DNA of 64,000 nt, from positions 256,001 to 320,000 of the forward strand of contig VMGC01000001.1 of NCBI GenBank assembly GCA_007376385.1, given 5' to 3'. A program made the translations under genes and the position numbers. Below are positions 37,455 through 45,632 of this stretch, piece by piece. Source of the stretch: Parcubacteria group bacterium Gr01-1014_8 (lineage in GTDB: Bacteria; Patescibacteriota; Minisyncoccia; Phycocordibacterales; UBA2100). Position 1 is the stretch's first letter, and every line of letters begins with the position of its first letter. Under the pieces are notes generated by a model. That model was not told the origin of the DNA. It searched no databases and saw nothing but the letters and a program-made list of their open reading frames with translations.

Positions 37455-38581
37455 ACATTGTATACATCACAAGTGCGCGTATACCGTCAGAACGGGCCTA
37501 TGGCTATGCCATCACCAAACTCTGCGAAGAGTGGGGGAAGGCGGGGCATGATGTGAGGTTGATATTGCCGGAGAGGGAACATGGTCTGCAAGATGACCTG
37601 TTCGAATACTACAAACTCGAGAGGACATTCACCATAGAAAAGATTTCGGCAAGTGACTGGATTGGAAAAAGTCTGTCGACATCGCGCGTTCACTTTGCCC
37701 TCGATCTTCTTGCGTTCGTGATCTCGTTGCGAACAGTACGATTTGATGCGGACACAGCCATCTACACCCGTGAATATCTGCTTGCGCTCACACTTCCGGC
37801 ACGGAATCTTTTTTTGGAAGTGCACACGGTACACAGCAAAGGTTTTTTGTTTCGCCGTGCATTAGGACGGGTGCGCGGGATCGTTGCGATAAGTGAGGGC
37901 GTGAAAAAGGAACTGGTCGCTCTTGGTGTCGCAGAAGAAAAAATTAAGGTTGCTCATGACGGGGTCGATCTGGATCCATTTGCACAGGCTCCGGCGGACA
38001 GAAGCGTCTGGAGGCAGTTTGGTGTCGAGCCGTCACAAAATGTTGTGTTATACGCCGGTCATTTTTACGAGTGGAAAGGAGCCGATACCTTGGCGGTCGC
38101 TGGAAAAATGCTCCCATCTGATGTGCACACGGTCCTAGTAGGAGGTGTAGATAACGAGCTGCGCGACTTTAGAGAGAAATATGCCGCTTCAAATGTGCAC
38201 ATCGCGCCGCATCGATCACGCGCAACGATACCTGTCTTACTGAAAAGCGCGGATGTGCTCGTTCTTCCGAACAGCGCAAAGGCGGAAATCTCGCGCTCAC
38301 ACGCCTCGCCGCTGAAGCTGTTCGAATACATGGCCGCGGGCGTCGCAATTGTTGCGTCCGATGTGCCTAGTCTGCGTGAAGTACTTTCTGAGGATACAGC
38401 TTTTTTCTTTAAGGCCGATGACTCGAATAGTCTCGCGGAGGTTATCGGCCGCGTGCTCAAATTGCCGGACGACGCACATTCCAGAGCTGAACAGGCAAAG
38501 AAAAAGGCGGACACATACACATGGCGTGGTCGCGCTGCCGACATCGCACAATTTCTCGACAGACTGGGGAGCAAGGGATAG
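37451..38581 (+). CDS. Glycosyltransferase family 4
   Basis: MNIVYITSARIPSERAYGYAI… N-terminus, ASPLKLFEYMAAGVAIVASDVPSLREV C-terminal GT4 motif. Confidence 0.8.
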   Translation: MNIVYITSARIPSERAYGYAITKLCEEWGKAGHDVRLILPEREHGLQDDLFEYYKLERTFTIEKISASDWIGKSLSTSRVHFALDLLAFVISLRTVRFDADTAIYTREYLLALTLPARNLFLEVHTVHSKGFLFRRALGRVRGIVAISEGVKKELVALGVAEEKIKVAHDGVDLDPFAQAPADRSVWRQFGVEPSQNVVLYAGHFYEWKGADTLAVAGKMLPSDVHTVLVGGVDNELRDFREKYAASNVHIAPHRSRATIPVLLKSADVLVLPNSAKAEISRSHASPLKLFEYMAAGVAIVASDVPSLREVLSEDTAFFFKADDSNSLAEVIGRVLKLPDDAHSRAEQAKKKADTYTWRGRAADIAQFLDRLGSKG

Positions 38582-38591
38582 CATAGACTTT

Positions 38592-40403
38592 ATGCGGTTT
38601 TTTAGGCGCCTCGGGAATATGTTCCGCCTGCTTCGGCGGGCATATGGTGCATATTCGACGCAAATAGCGGCGCTTGCTGCCCTGGGCTTTTTGGGCGGAT
38701 TGCTTGAAGGCATCGGCATCAATGCGGTTGTCCCGCTTCTGACATTCATTTTTACGGAGTCCGCGCAGGCGTTTGACCCGATCTCGAATATTCTGCGGTC
38801 AGTGTTCACATTCATCGGCATTGATTTCGCCCCCAAATATTTGCTCGCGTTCATCGTGATCATGTTCCTTGCGCGCGCTGCGGTGATGTACGCGCTCTCG
38901 TATATTCAGACGGTCATATCATTCAACTATGAGCGAGATACGCGAGTACGCGTGTTCGAAACCCTCCTGCGTTCTTCGTGGTCGCATCATCTGGCAAGGA
39001 AATTCGGACATCTGGAGACTATCATCATGATAGACGCTCCGGCGAGCACGAATCTTCTCCGCAAGTTGAGCAATCTCATCACGCTCGCGACGGGGCTCAT
39101 AATGTATCTCATTGTGGCGTTCAATATTTCTCCTGCCGTTACATTTCTGACGTTCGCCGTCGGTGTATGCGGGCTCCTTTTCTTCAGATACTTTTTGACG
39201 ATGATTCACGCGAGAAGTTCGGAGCGTGTCGCGCTCAACAAAGAAGTCGCCCACTACATGGGGGAATACGCGGCGGGCGCGAAGGCGATAAAGGCATCCG
39301 GCACTGAGGAGGTTGTCGCGGAAAGCGGTGTGGATCTTTTTTCCCGTTTAAGGAATATTTCTGTAAGCATATCCCTTGTACAGCAGGTAGCCGTACTCAT
39401 TATTCCGCCGGCCGGGATTCTATATATCGCGCTCATATTCGGTGTTGCGTACCGTACTGATTTCATCCAGCTTGCCGCGCTTCCCGCTATTATTTACCTC
39501 ATTTACCGCATCTCGCTGTACGCTCAGCAAGGGCAGGACCACCTGCAGGGTATTCAGGAACTCGTCCCTCATTTGCAGAGCGTGCTCGCGTTCGAGGAGA
39601 AATCGCGACAGAAAGAAGAGCACATCGGCGGAGATAAATTATTCGCCTTCCACAAGGAACTTCGATTTGACGATGTTCATTTTTCCTACGACGACGGTCG
39701 CGAAGCGCTAAAAGGCGTGTCATTTACTGTTAAGGGGCGCTCAACGGTTGGTATTGTCGGTCCTTCCGGTGCAGGGAAGACGACATCGGTCGATTTGATG
39801 CTGAGGCTCTTGGAGCCGACGAACGGGGCGATCACACTCGATGGTGTAAATGTGCGCGATATTTCACTGCAATCATGGCGCGCAAAAACGGGGTATGTAC
39901 CACAAGAACCGTTCCTGTTGCACGATACGATACGGAACAACGTTCTTTTTCAATTTAAAGGAAACGGAGGACAAGACGCGCTTTCCGATGCAGATGTGTG
40001 GCACTTTCTCAAGATGGCGGATGCGGAAGATTTTGTTCGCGCGATGCCGGAGGGGCTCGATTCAATGGTCGGGGACAGAGGCGTAACACTTTCAGCAGGG
40101 CAGAGACAAAGGCTCGTCATTGCGCGTGAGCTTGCTCGAAAGCCGGAACTCCTCATTCTCGACGAGGCGACGAGCGCGCTCGATAGTGAATCAGAGGCGC
40201 GTTTGCAGAAGGTCATCCAGAAACTCAAGGGTTCGGTTACTATCGTCATTATTGCCCATCGTCTCTCGACTATCTTGGAGTCGGATAAGCTTGTTGTTCT
40301 AAAAGAAGGCACGGTAGCTGAGCCAATAGCCAGCCCTGAAGCGATGCTTCGTACCGCCGGCTCGTATTTAAGCCACATTTTCTCGCTGAATAAATCACTA
40401 TGA
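38592..40403 (+). CDS. ABC transporter, fused permease/ATP-binding protein (MsbA/PglK-like exporter, likely glycolipid or lipid-linked glycan flippase)
   Basis: Start trimmed to MRFFRRLGNMF… (just after the upstream GT4 stop); 6 TM region then GPSGAGKTT Walker A, LSAGQRQRLVIAREL signature, ILDEATSALD Walker B. Confidence 0.85.
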   Translation: MRFFRRLGNMFRLLRRAYGAYSTQIAALAALGFLGGLLEGIGINAVVPLLTFIFTESAQAFDPISNILRSVFTFIGIDFAPKYLLAFIVIMFLARAAVMYALSYIQTVISFNYERDTRVRVFETLLRSSWSHHLARKFGHLETIIMIDAPASTNLLRKLSNLITLATGLIMYLIVAFNISPAVTFLTFAVGVCGLLFFRYFLTMIHARSSERVALNKEVAHYMGEYAAGAKAIKASGTEEVVAESGVDLFSRLRNISVSISLVQQVAVLIIPPAGILYIALIFGVAYRTDFIQLAALPAIIYLIYRISLYAQQGQDHLQGIQELVPHLQSVLAFEEKSRQKEEHIGGDKLFAFHKELRFDDVHFSYDDGREALKGVSFTVKGRSTVGIVGPSGAGKTTSVDLMLRLLEPTNGAITLDGVNVRDISLQSWRAKTGYVPQEPFLLHDTIRNNVLFQFKGNGGQDALSDADVWHFLKMADAEDFVRAMPEGLDSMVGDRGVTLSAGQRQRLVIARELARKPELLILDEATSALDSESEARLQKVIQKLKGSVTIVIIAHRLSTILESDKLVVLKEGTVAEPIASPEAMLRTAGSYLSHIFSLNKSL

Positions 40404-41128
40404 AAAAGAGGATAGCTATCATTCAGGCGAGAATGAATTCCTCTAGAATGCCCGGGAAAATTCTGAAGGAGATCTCGGGAAAACCGGCGCTGTGGCATCT
40501 CATAGAGAATATCCGACCCTCGAAACAGCTCACCGATATTATCGTCGCGACCACAATGAATACGGCGGATGACGTGATAGCCGATTTTACGAAGGAGAAT
40601 GCTGTCACCTGTTTCCGCGGAAGCGAGGAAAACGTACTAGAGCGATTTTATGAGGCAGCGAAGTCTATCGGTGTCAAGGATTCTGACATCATCGTACGAA
40701 TTACCGCCGATGATATATTCATGGATCCGTATATCATTGATGCGCTCGTCACTTTTTTTGATTCCACGTATCCATACTATAGATTGGTGTCCAATAGCTT
40801 CAAGCCGGGTTTTCCGTATGGTCTTTATTTCGAGCTATTTGATTTCGCTTCTCTGAAAGATGCTTATCGTAATGCGACCACGGAATCCCAAAAAGAGCAT
40901 GTGACGCCGTACATCCGCGAACACGAGGAAACATTTCCTGCTATAGCAATCGAATCAAAAGGAGTCGATCTTTCGGATGTGTATCTTTCGATTGATACAG
41001 TGGAGGACCTCGAGCGAAATCGCCGCATCATCGAGCGGTTGGAGTCGCAGAATAAAAAACATCCGTATCTCTTTACAGATGTAGTCACCGCATATAAGGA
41101 TTTAAAATTGAGCAGGGCATCTGTATGA
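40400..41128 (+). CDS. Acylneuraminate (CMP-nonulosonate) cytidylyltransferase family protein (SpsF/NeuA/LegF-like)
   Basis: IAIIQARMNSSRMPGKILKEISGKPALWHLIENI N-terminal cytidylyltransferase motif; 242 aa. Confidence 0.8.
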   Translation: MKKRIAIIQARMNSSRMPGKILKEISGKPALWHLIENIRPSKQLTDIIVATTMNTADDVIADFTKENAVTCFRGSEENVLERFYEAAKSIGVKDSDIIVRITADDIFMDPYIIDALVTFFDSTYPYYRLVSNSFKPGFPYGLYFELFDFASLKDAYRNATTESQKEHVTPYIREHEETFPAIAIESKGVDLSDVYLSIDTVEDLERNRRIIERLESQNKKHPYLFTDVVTAYKDLKLSRASV

Positions 41129-42183
41129 GCCCCATTAAAAATAACTCGCCCAAGCCCTCCGGGCGCGCTAGCGCGGGCGCTATTTCTAACGGGGCGAGAA
41201 TTGGCGTTGTGGGAAACGGTTCGATGGGGAGGCGGAGAATAAAACATTCTCAGATGTATGGATATACAGACATCACGGGTTGGGATATTAGGTCGGACAG
41301 GCGAAAGGAGGTCGAATCAAAGTTCGGAATACAAACGGTGAAGAGTCAGAAGGATTTTGAGAACTCAAAGTTCGATGCGCTATTCATTTGTGTGCCTCCG
41401 GCCGAACACTATTACTACATGAAGCTTGCGGTGAAGAACGGTTGGAATTTTATGGTGGAGAATCCAGTGTGGCATAAGGTGAAGGGACTCGATGTGCTTC
41501 AAAGGGAAGTGAAGAAGAAAAAACTGGTGGCGAACGTCAGTTGCAACGTCAGGTTCCTGAAAGCGACGCAGAGGATAAAGCAGCTTGTTCGAGATGATGT
41601 CATTGGACCGATATTGTCGGGCGTAGCCGAAGTCGGCGAATATTTGCCTGATTGGCATCCGTACGAACCGTATACCGATTACTATCCGTCCAAAAAAGAA
41701 ATGGGCGGCGGTATCGACGCGATGTGTGATCTCGACTGGCTTGTCGATATTTTCGGCGATATCCGCAGGATGAACTGTGTGTATTCGAAAAAGTCGAGCC
41801 TAAAAATCAATACCTATGACATCATTGATTTCATTCTAGAGTTCAAGTTAGGACCGCAGATAGTTCTGCATACCGACATGCTTCAATCGCCGTACGGCAG
41901 AGCGGTGAAGCTCATAAGTGAGCGCGGTGTTATCGTGTGGGAATACAAAGAACAGATAGTAAAATATTATGATCGTCGAACCAAGAAGTGGACAAAGTTC
42001 GACGAATCGGGTTCGAGAGTTAATTTCGACAATAACATCACGACGACATGGGCTGAGCAGATGTATATGGACGATTCATTTCACTTCTTCAAGTGTCTGA
42101 AAGGCGAGGCGAAGCCGCTTAACACTATAGAAAGCAATTCGAAACTTCTGAAACAGCTTCTCAAAGCCATCGACTACGCCTGA
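41125..42183 (+). CDS. Gfo/Idh/MocA-like NAD(P)-dependent oxidoreductase (PtmF-like)
   Basis: N-terminal Rossmann ARIGVVGNGSMGRRRIKH and Gfo/Idh/MocA-like layout; 352 aa. Confidence 0.55.
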   Translation: MSPIKNNSPKPSGRASAGAISNGARIGVVGNGSMGRRRIKHSQMYGYTDITGWDIRSDRRKEVESKFGIQTVKSQKDFENSKFDALFICVPPAEHYYYMKLAVKNGWNFMVENPVWHKVKGLDVLQREVKKKKLVANVSCNVRFLKATQRIKQLVRDDVIGPILSGVAEVGEYLPDWHPYEPYTDYYPSKKEMGGGIDAMCDLDWLVDIFGDIRRMNCVYSKKSSLKINTYDIIDFILEFKLGPQIVLHTDMLQSPYGRAVKLISERGVIVWEYKEQIVKYYDRRTKKWTKFDESGSRVNFDNNITTTWAEQMYMDDSFHFFKCLKGEAKPLNTIESNSKLLKQLLKAIDYA

Positions 42184-42184
42184 T

Positions 42185-43606
42185 ATGAGGATACTTGTCG
42201 TATATCCGAGGGCAGTGCCGGAGATAGAGATATTTTTTAATGACCTCAAACAAGCGGGGCACGAAATCGTCTATTGGGTCGGGGAACATAGCGGAGAGAA
42301 GAACACCCCTAAAGGCGCGATATTTCACGATCACTATGATGCGTGGGACGGCAAATCGGCTGAAGTATTCAAGAACGTCACATTCCCGCCCGCTTCTTCA
42401 GAGTTGGTAGAAAGATTGTACCGTACAGAGTCAGTTGTGCTTTCTATGATGGATAAGCATTACGATTCGGCGCCCGTGAATGAGCGAAAGCATATCTATT
42501 ATTCGATGTTGTCCTACTGGTCGGGAGTGTTGGATATGCTCAAGCCCGATGCGGTCGTCTTCGCTATAGTTCCTCACACGGTATACAACTACATTCTTTA
42601 TGAGCTCGCGCGTCTGCGCGGCCTTTTTACGCCGTGCTTTGAAGATACGTATGTTGCGTCACGCCTTTTATTTTATAAGAATTTCTGGGAAGGAAGTGAG
42701 GAACTACGTGATGCGCTCGGGCGTGCGTCCGATGCGAAGCTATCCGACTTGTCCGGAGATTTAGCGGCATATTTGAAACGATTTAAAGAGACCGAGGCAC
42801 AGCCGGCGTATATGGCCCAGCAAAAAAGACTGGGCGCGGGTTGGGGGCTCTTTCGCCACAGAGTCAGGATAGCGCGCGCTGGTCTGCTTTCCGGGAGGAC
42901 GTTCGTACTCGCGTGGAGATTTTTCAAGCGGTTGTTTGTCAGAAATCTTGCACACGAATATAGAGGAGTCGTGTCTGCGCCGGACATGTCACGGCCATAT
43001 GTATATTTTCCTCTCAATATGCAGCCCGAGCGCTCAACCTCGCCGCAGGGCGGTGTTTTTCAGGATCAGATCCTCGTTGCGGAAACAGTTGCCGCATCGT
43101 TGCCTGATGGCTGGATGCTTGTGATAAAAGAACATCCTTCGCAGTGGTGGTTGCGTGGGAAAACGCGTTACTCGAGCGCACGCTACCGCGGCTATTATCA
43201 GCGTCTTGCGCGTATACCGAACACGGTTCTCGTAGATACATTCACCAACACGTTCGAGTTGACGCGCGGTGCGCGGGCTGTCGCCGTCGTAACCGGAACT
43301 CCGGGGTGGGAAGCGATTCTGCGCAGTATTCCCGTGATCGTGTTCGGATACCCGTGGTATCGGGATTGCCCCGGAACTCTGCGAGTAGAAAATGTGGATG
43401 AGTGCAGGGTAGCGCTTGCGAGAATCGAGTCCGGGGGTCTAAAGCTGACTACTGACGGCGTGATTGCTTTTTTGAAAGCGCTTGACGCTGTGTCAGTACG
43501 TGCTTTTATTCACGATCTGATCGGGCAGACCGAACATATGAGTGAAGCGGAATCCTTTCGAAATATTGCTCTGAAGCTGAACACAGAACTCCGCGCGAAT
43601 ACATAA
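42185..43606 (+). CDS. Capsule_synth (KpsS/LpsZ)-like GT-B protein with HP motif; putative CMP-ulosonic-acid glycosyltransferase; paralog of 57971..59467
   Basis: VIKEHPSQWW … VAVVTGTPGWEAILRSIPVIVFGYPWY; collinear similarity to the ORF at 57971 (VKEHPGMTPY … VTVISGTPGWEAALLKKPVITFGHVFY). Confidence 0.55.
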   Translation: MRILVVYPRAVPEIEIFFNDLKQAGHEIVYWVGEHSGEKNTPKGAIFHDHYDAWDGKSAEVFKNVTFPPASSELVERLYRTESVVLSMMDKHYDSAPVNERKHIYYSMLSYWSGVLDMLKPDAVVFAIVPHTVYNYILYELARLRGLFTPCFEDTYVASRLLFYKNFWEGSEELRDALGRASDAKLSDLSGDLAAYLKRFKETEAQPAYMAQQKRLGAGWGLFRHRVRIARAGLLSGRTFVLAWRFFKRLFVRNLAHEYRGVVSAPDMSRPYVYFPLNMQPERSTSPQGGVFQDQILVAETVAASLPDGWMLVIKEHPSQWWLRGKTRYSSARYRGYYQRLARIPNTVLVDTFTNTFELTRGARAVAVVTGTPGWEAILRSIPVIVFGYPWYRDCPGTLRVENVDECRVALARIESGGLKLTTDGVIAFLKALDAVSVRAFIHDLIGQTEHMSEAESFRNIALKLNTELRANT

Positions 43607-43608
43607 CT

Positions 43609-44589
43609 ATGCGGGCATCATCGAACAAACAATCAGCTGCGTTGGAAAAAGCAGCTCTTTCCAAAAAGAAGGCGAGACGATCGCCTGACAAGAAGGACAG
43701 GGAGATAGCGGAAGAAATTCTGCGAATTCACTCAAAACTCAAGAAGGTTTTTATGGCCGACGGCGAGTGGAAGTGGATCAATGAGAACAAAAAAAAGAAT
43801 TATATAAAAGCGTTGCGCGATAACAATCCGGATGCTCTCGCGGCGATACTCGCAAATCTTTTTCAGGAAGACGCTTCCTACGGATTTTACACATACGAGA
43901 CAGATTCATTACAGGCGGGTATACGTGCCGACCTTGCCGTATGGAACGAATTCGTGGAGCAGAATGACATATCCCCGCTCTCGATGCCTGATGTGGGGAA
44001 TCCGCACGGTATTGTGGTCGGGGGAGTGCTCGTTGCGCCTTTCCAGCCGCGCCATGATTATTGCGCTCAGAAGATACATTCTCTCGGTCCGAAAACCGTT
44101 CTCGAAATAGGAGGCGGATACGGCGGGCTGGCGCTTCAATTGTCACGACGTTCGAATGTTAAATATATAGACTGCGATTTGCCGGAAACTCTGTATGTCG
44201 CGTACTACTTTCTCAAAAAAGCGGGATTAAACGTGAAATGGGCCATAGATACATGGCCGGATGCCCCGATTGTTCTTGTTCCTGCGAATCGAAAGAAGTT
44301 AATTCAAAAGGCAGATCTGGTGTTTAACGGCCTTTCCTTTTCCGAGATGGGAAGAGAAACGGTCGACGGGTATTTCAAATTCATAAACAACGTATGGAAG
44401 CCCCGATATATTTTTCATCAGAACAGCAACATCCTTCTTTTTCCCAATTCACCGCGGCATATCGAAGTTCTCGCGAGGGATTTTCCCATAGGTAAAATCT
44501 ATCGCGAGATCTATCGTGCAATTTCTCCATGGCAGGGAGGCAGTGGCAGGTATCGTGAGTATCTCTACGAGAGGAATCTCGAACGTTGA
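43609..44589 (+). CDS. Putative SAM-dependent methyltransferase
   Basis: VLEIGGGYGGLALQL glycine-rich motif I; 326 aa. Confidence 0.45.
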   Translation: MRASSNKQSAALEKAALSKKKARRSPDKKDREIAEEILRIHSKLKKVFMADGEWKWINENKKKNYIKALRDNNPDALAAILANLFQEDASYGFYTYETDSLQAGIRADLAVWNEFVEQNDISPLSMPDVGNPHGIVVGGVLVAPFQPRHDYCAQKIHSLGPKTVLEIGGGYGGLALQLSRRSNVKYIDCDLPETLYVAYYFLKKAGLNVKWAIDTWPDAPIVLVPANRKKLIQKADLVFNGLSFSEMGRETVDGYFKFINNVWKPRYIFHQNSNILLFPNSPRHIEVLARDFPIGKIYREIYRAISPWQGGSGRYREYLYERNLER

Positions 44590-44616
44590 TTTTTTTATTG
44601 ACGACGTAGAGCGAGA

Positions 44617-44644
44617 GAAGTGAATGTGTACTCACATTCACTTC
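44617..44644 (+). repeat. Perfect 12-bp palindromic hairpin (gaagtgaatgtg tact cacattcacttc)
   Basis: Read directly; 28 nt downstream of the upstream stop codon, no U-tract. Confidence 0.5.
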
Positions 44645-44722
44645 CGGGCCGAGGAGTCAAAATAGGTTCAATACCGCACGGCTTGCCGCGCGTCAGAACG
44701 AGCGAAGCGAGTTCCAAAAATA

Positions 44723-44757
44723 CCTCGGGGCTTTGCCCCGAGGAACCTTTATTTTCC
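44723..44757 (+). terminator. Rho-independent terminator (9-bp GC stem cctcggggc/gccccgagg, loop ttt, then U-rich aacctttattttcc)
   Basis: Read directly from the sequence. Confidence 0.5.
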
Positions 44758-44822
44758 GACGCAAACATATTTGCATTTGAGAGAGAGAGGGGGGAGTGGT
44801 GTGCCACTCGAAATGTCCTGCA

Positions 44823-44851
44823 TTGACTGGTGAGCTTTTTTAATGTAAAAA
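44823..44851 (+). promoter_or_regulatory. Candidate sigma70-like promoter TTGACT-N17-TAAAAA placing the transcription start at or near the ATG of the downstream SDR gene (possible leaderless mRNA)
   Basis: Hexamers read directly; -10 ends 7 nt before the ATG at 44859. Confidence 0.3.
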
Positions 44852-44858
44852 ATGACAA

Positions 44859-45632
44859 ATGTATCGTAAGAATTCGTATGCACTTACAGAGAGCGTAGCG
44901 TTCATTACAGGTGCTCTCGGCCAGATCGGACGGGAGATAGTCATGCGATTCTTGGAAGACGGCGCGTTTGTCTATATCGCCGACAAAGGGAAAAAGATCA
45001 GTGACGATCTCGCAAAAAAACTGAAGCGCGCGAAATTTGATAACTACCGGTACGTCACGATTGACGTGACGAGCGAGGAGTCGATACGAGCCGTGTATAG
45101 GAAACTGACGCGTCCCGTTGATGTACTTGTCAATTGTGCCGGCATTGGCGTATATACGTCGTTTGAGTCGCGAACTTCCGACGAACTCGATACCGTGTAC
45201 GCGGTAAACCTTAAGGGCACTATCCTGTGCTCCAAGATATTTTCAGCAGGCATGATGAAGAGGAAAGGGGGTCGGATCATCAATATCGGTTCTATATACG
45301 GGATTACAACGCCGGATTTTTCAATGTACGGCGATTCCGGTAGGAATTCTTCTGAGATCTACGGCGCGACGAAAGCCGGCATTATCCAGACGACGAAATA
45401 TCTTGCGGCATACCTTGCGCCGCACAATATTCTGGTGAACTGCGTAAGTCCAGGCGGCGTCTTTAATCGCCAGAAATCCTTTTTCGTCAGACGATATAAA
45501 AAGAGGACGCCGCTTCAGCGAATGGCGGCGCCAGACGATCTTACGGGTGTTATCGCGTTTCTCGCTTCGGATGAGGCGGCGTATATCACGGGACAGAATA
45601 TCGCGGTCGACGGAGGCTTTACGATATGGTGA
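44859..45632 (+). CDS. Short-chain dehydrogenase/reductase (SDR), PtmA-like
   Basis: ITGALGQIGREIV Rossmann motif, YGATKAGIIQ catalytic YxxxK; 257 aa. Confidence 0.85.
   Translation: MYRKNSYALTESVAFITGALGQIGREIVMRFLEDGAFVYIADKGKKISDDLAKKLKRAKFDNYRYVTIDVTSEESIRAVYRKLTRPVDVLVNCAGIGVYTSFESRTSDELDTVYAVNLKGTILCSKIFSAGMMKRKGGRIINIGSIYGITTPDFSMYGDSGRNSSEIYGATKAGIIQTTKYLAAYLAPHNILVNCVSPGGVFNRQKSFFVRRYKKRTPLQRMAAPDDLTGVIAFLASDEAAYITGQNIAVDGGFTIW

Noticed and set aside
38349-38591. 81-codon upstream extension of the ABC transporter ORF overlapping the preceding GT4 gene
   Set aside because: The extension overlaps a well-supported GT4 C-terminus in another frame. The transporter's first TM helix follows the internal Met at 38592.
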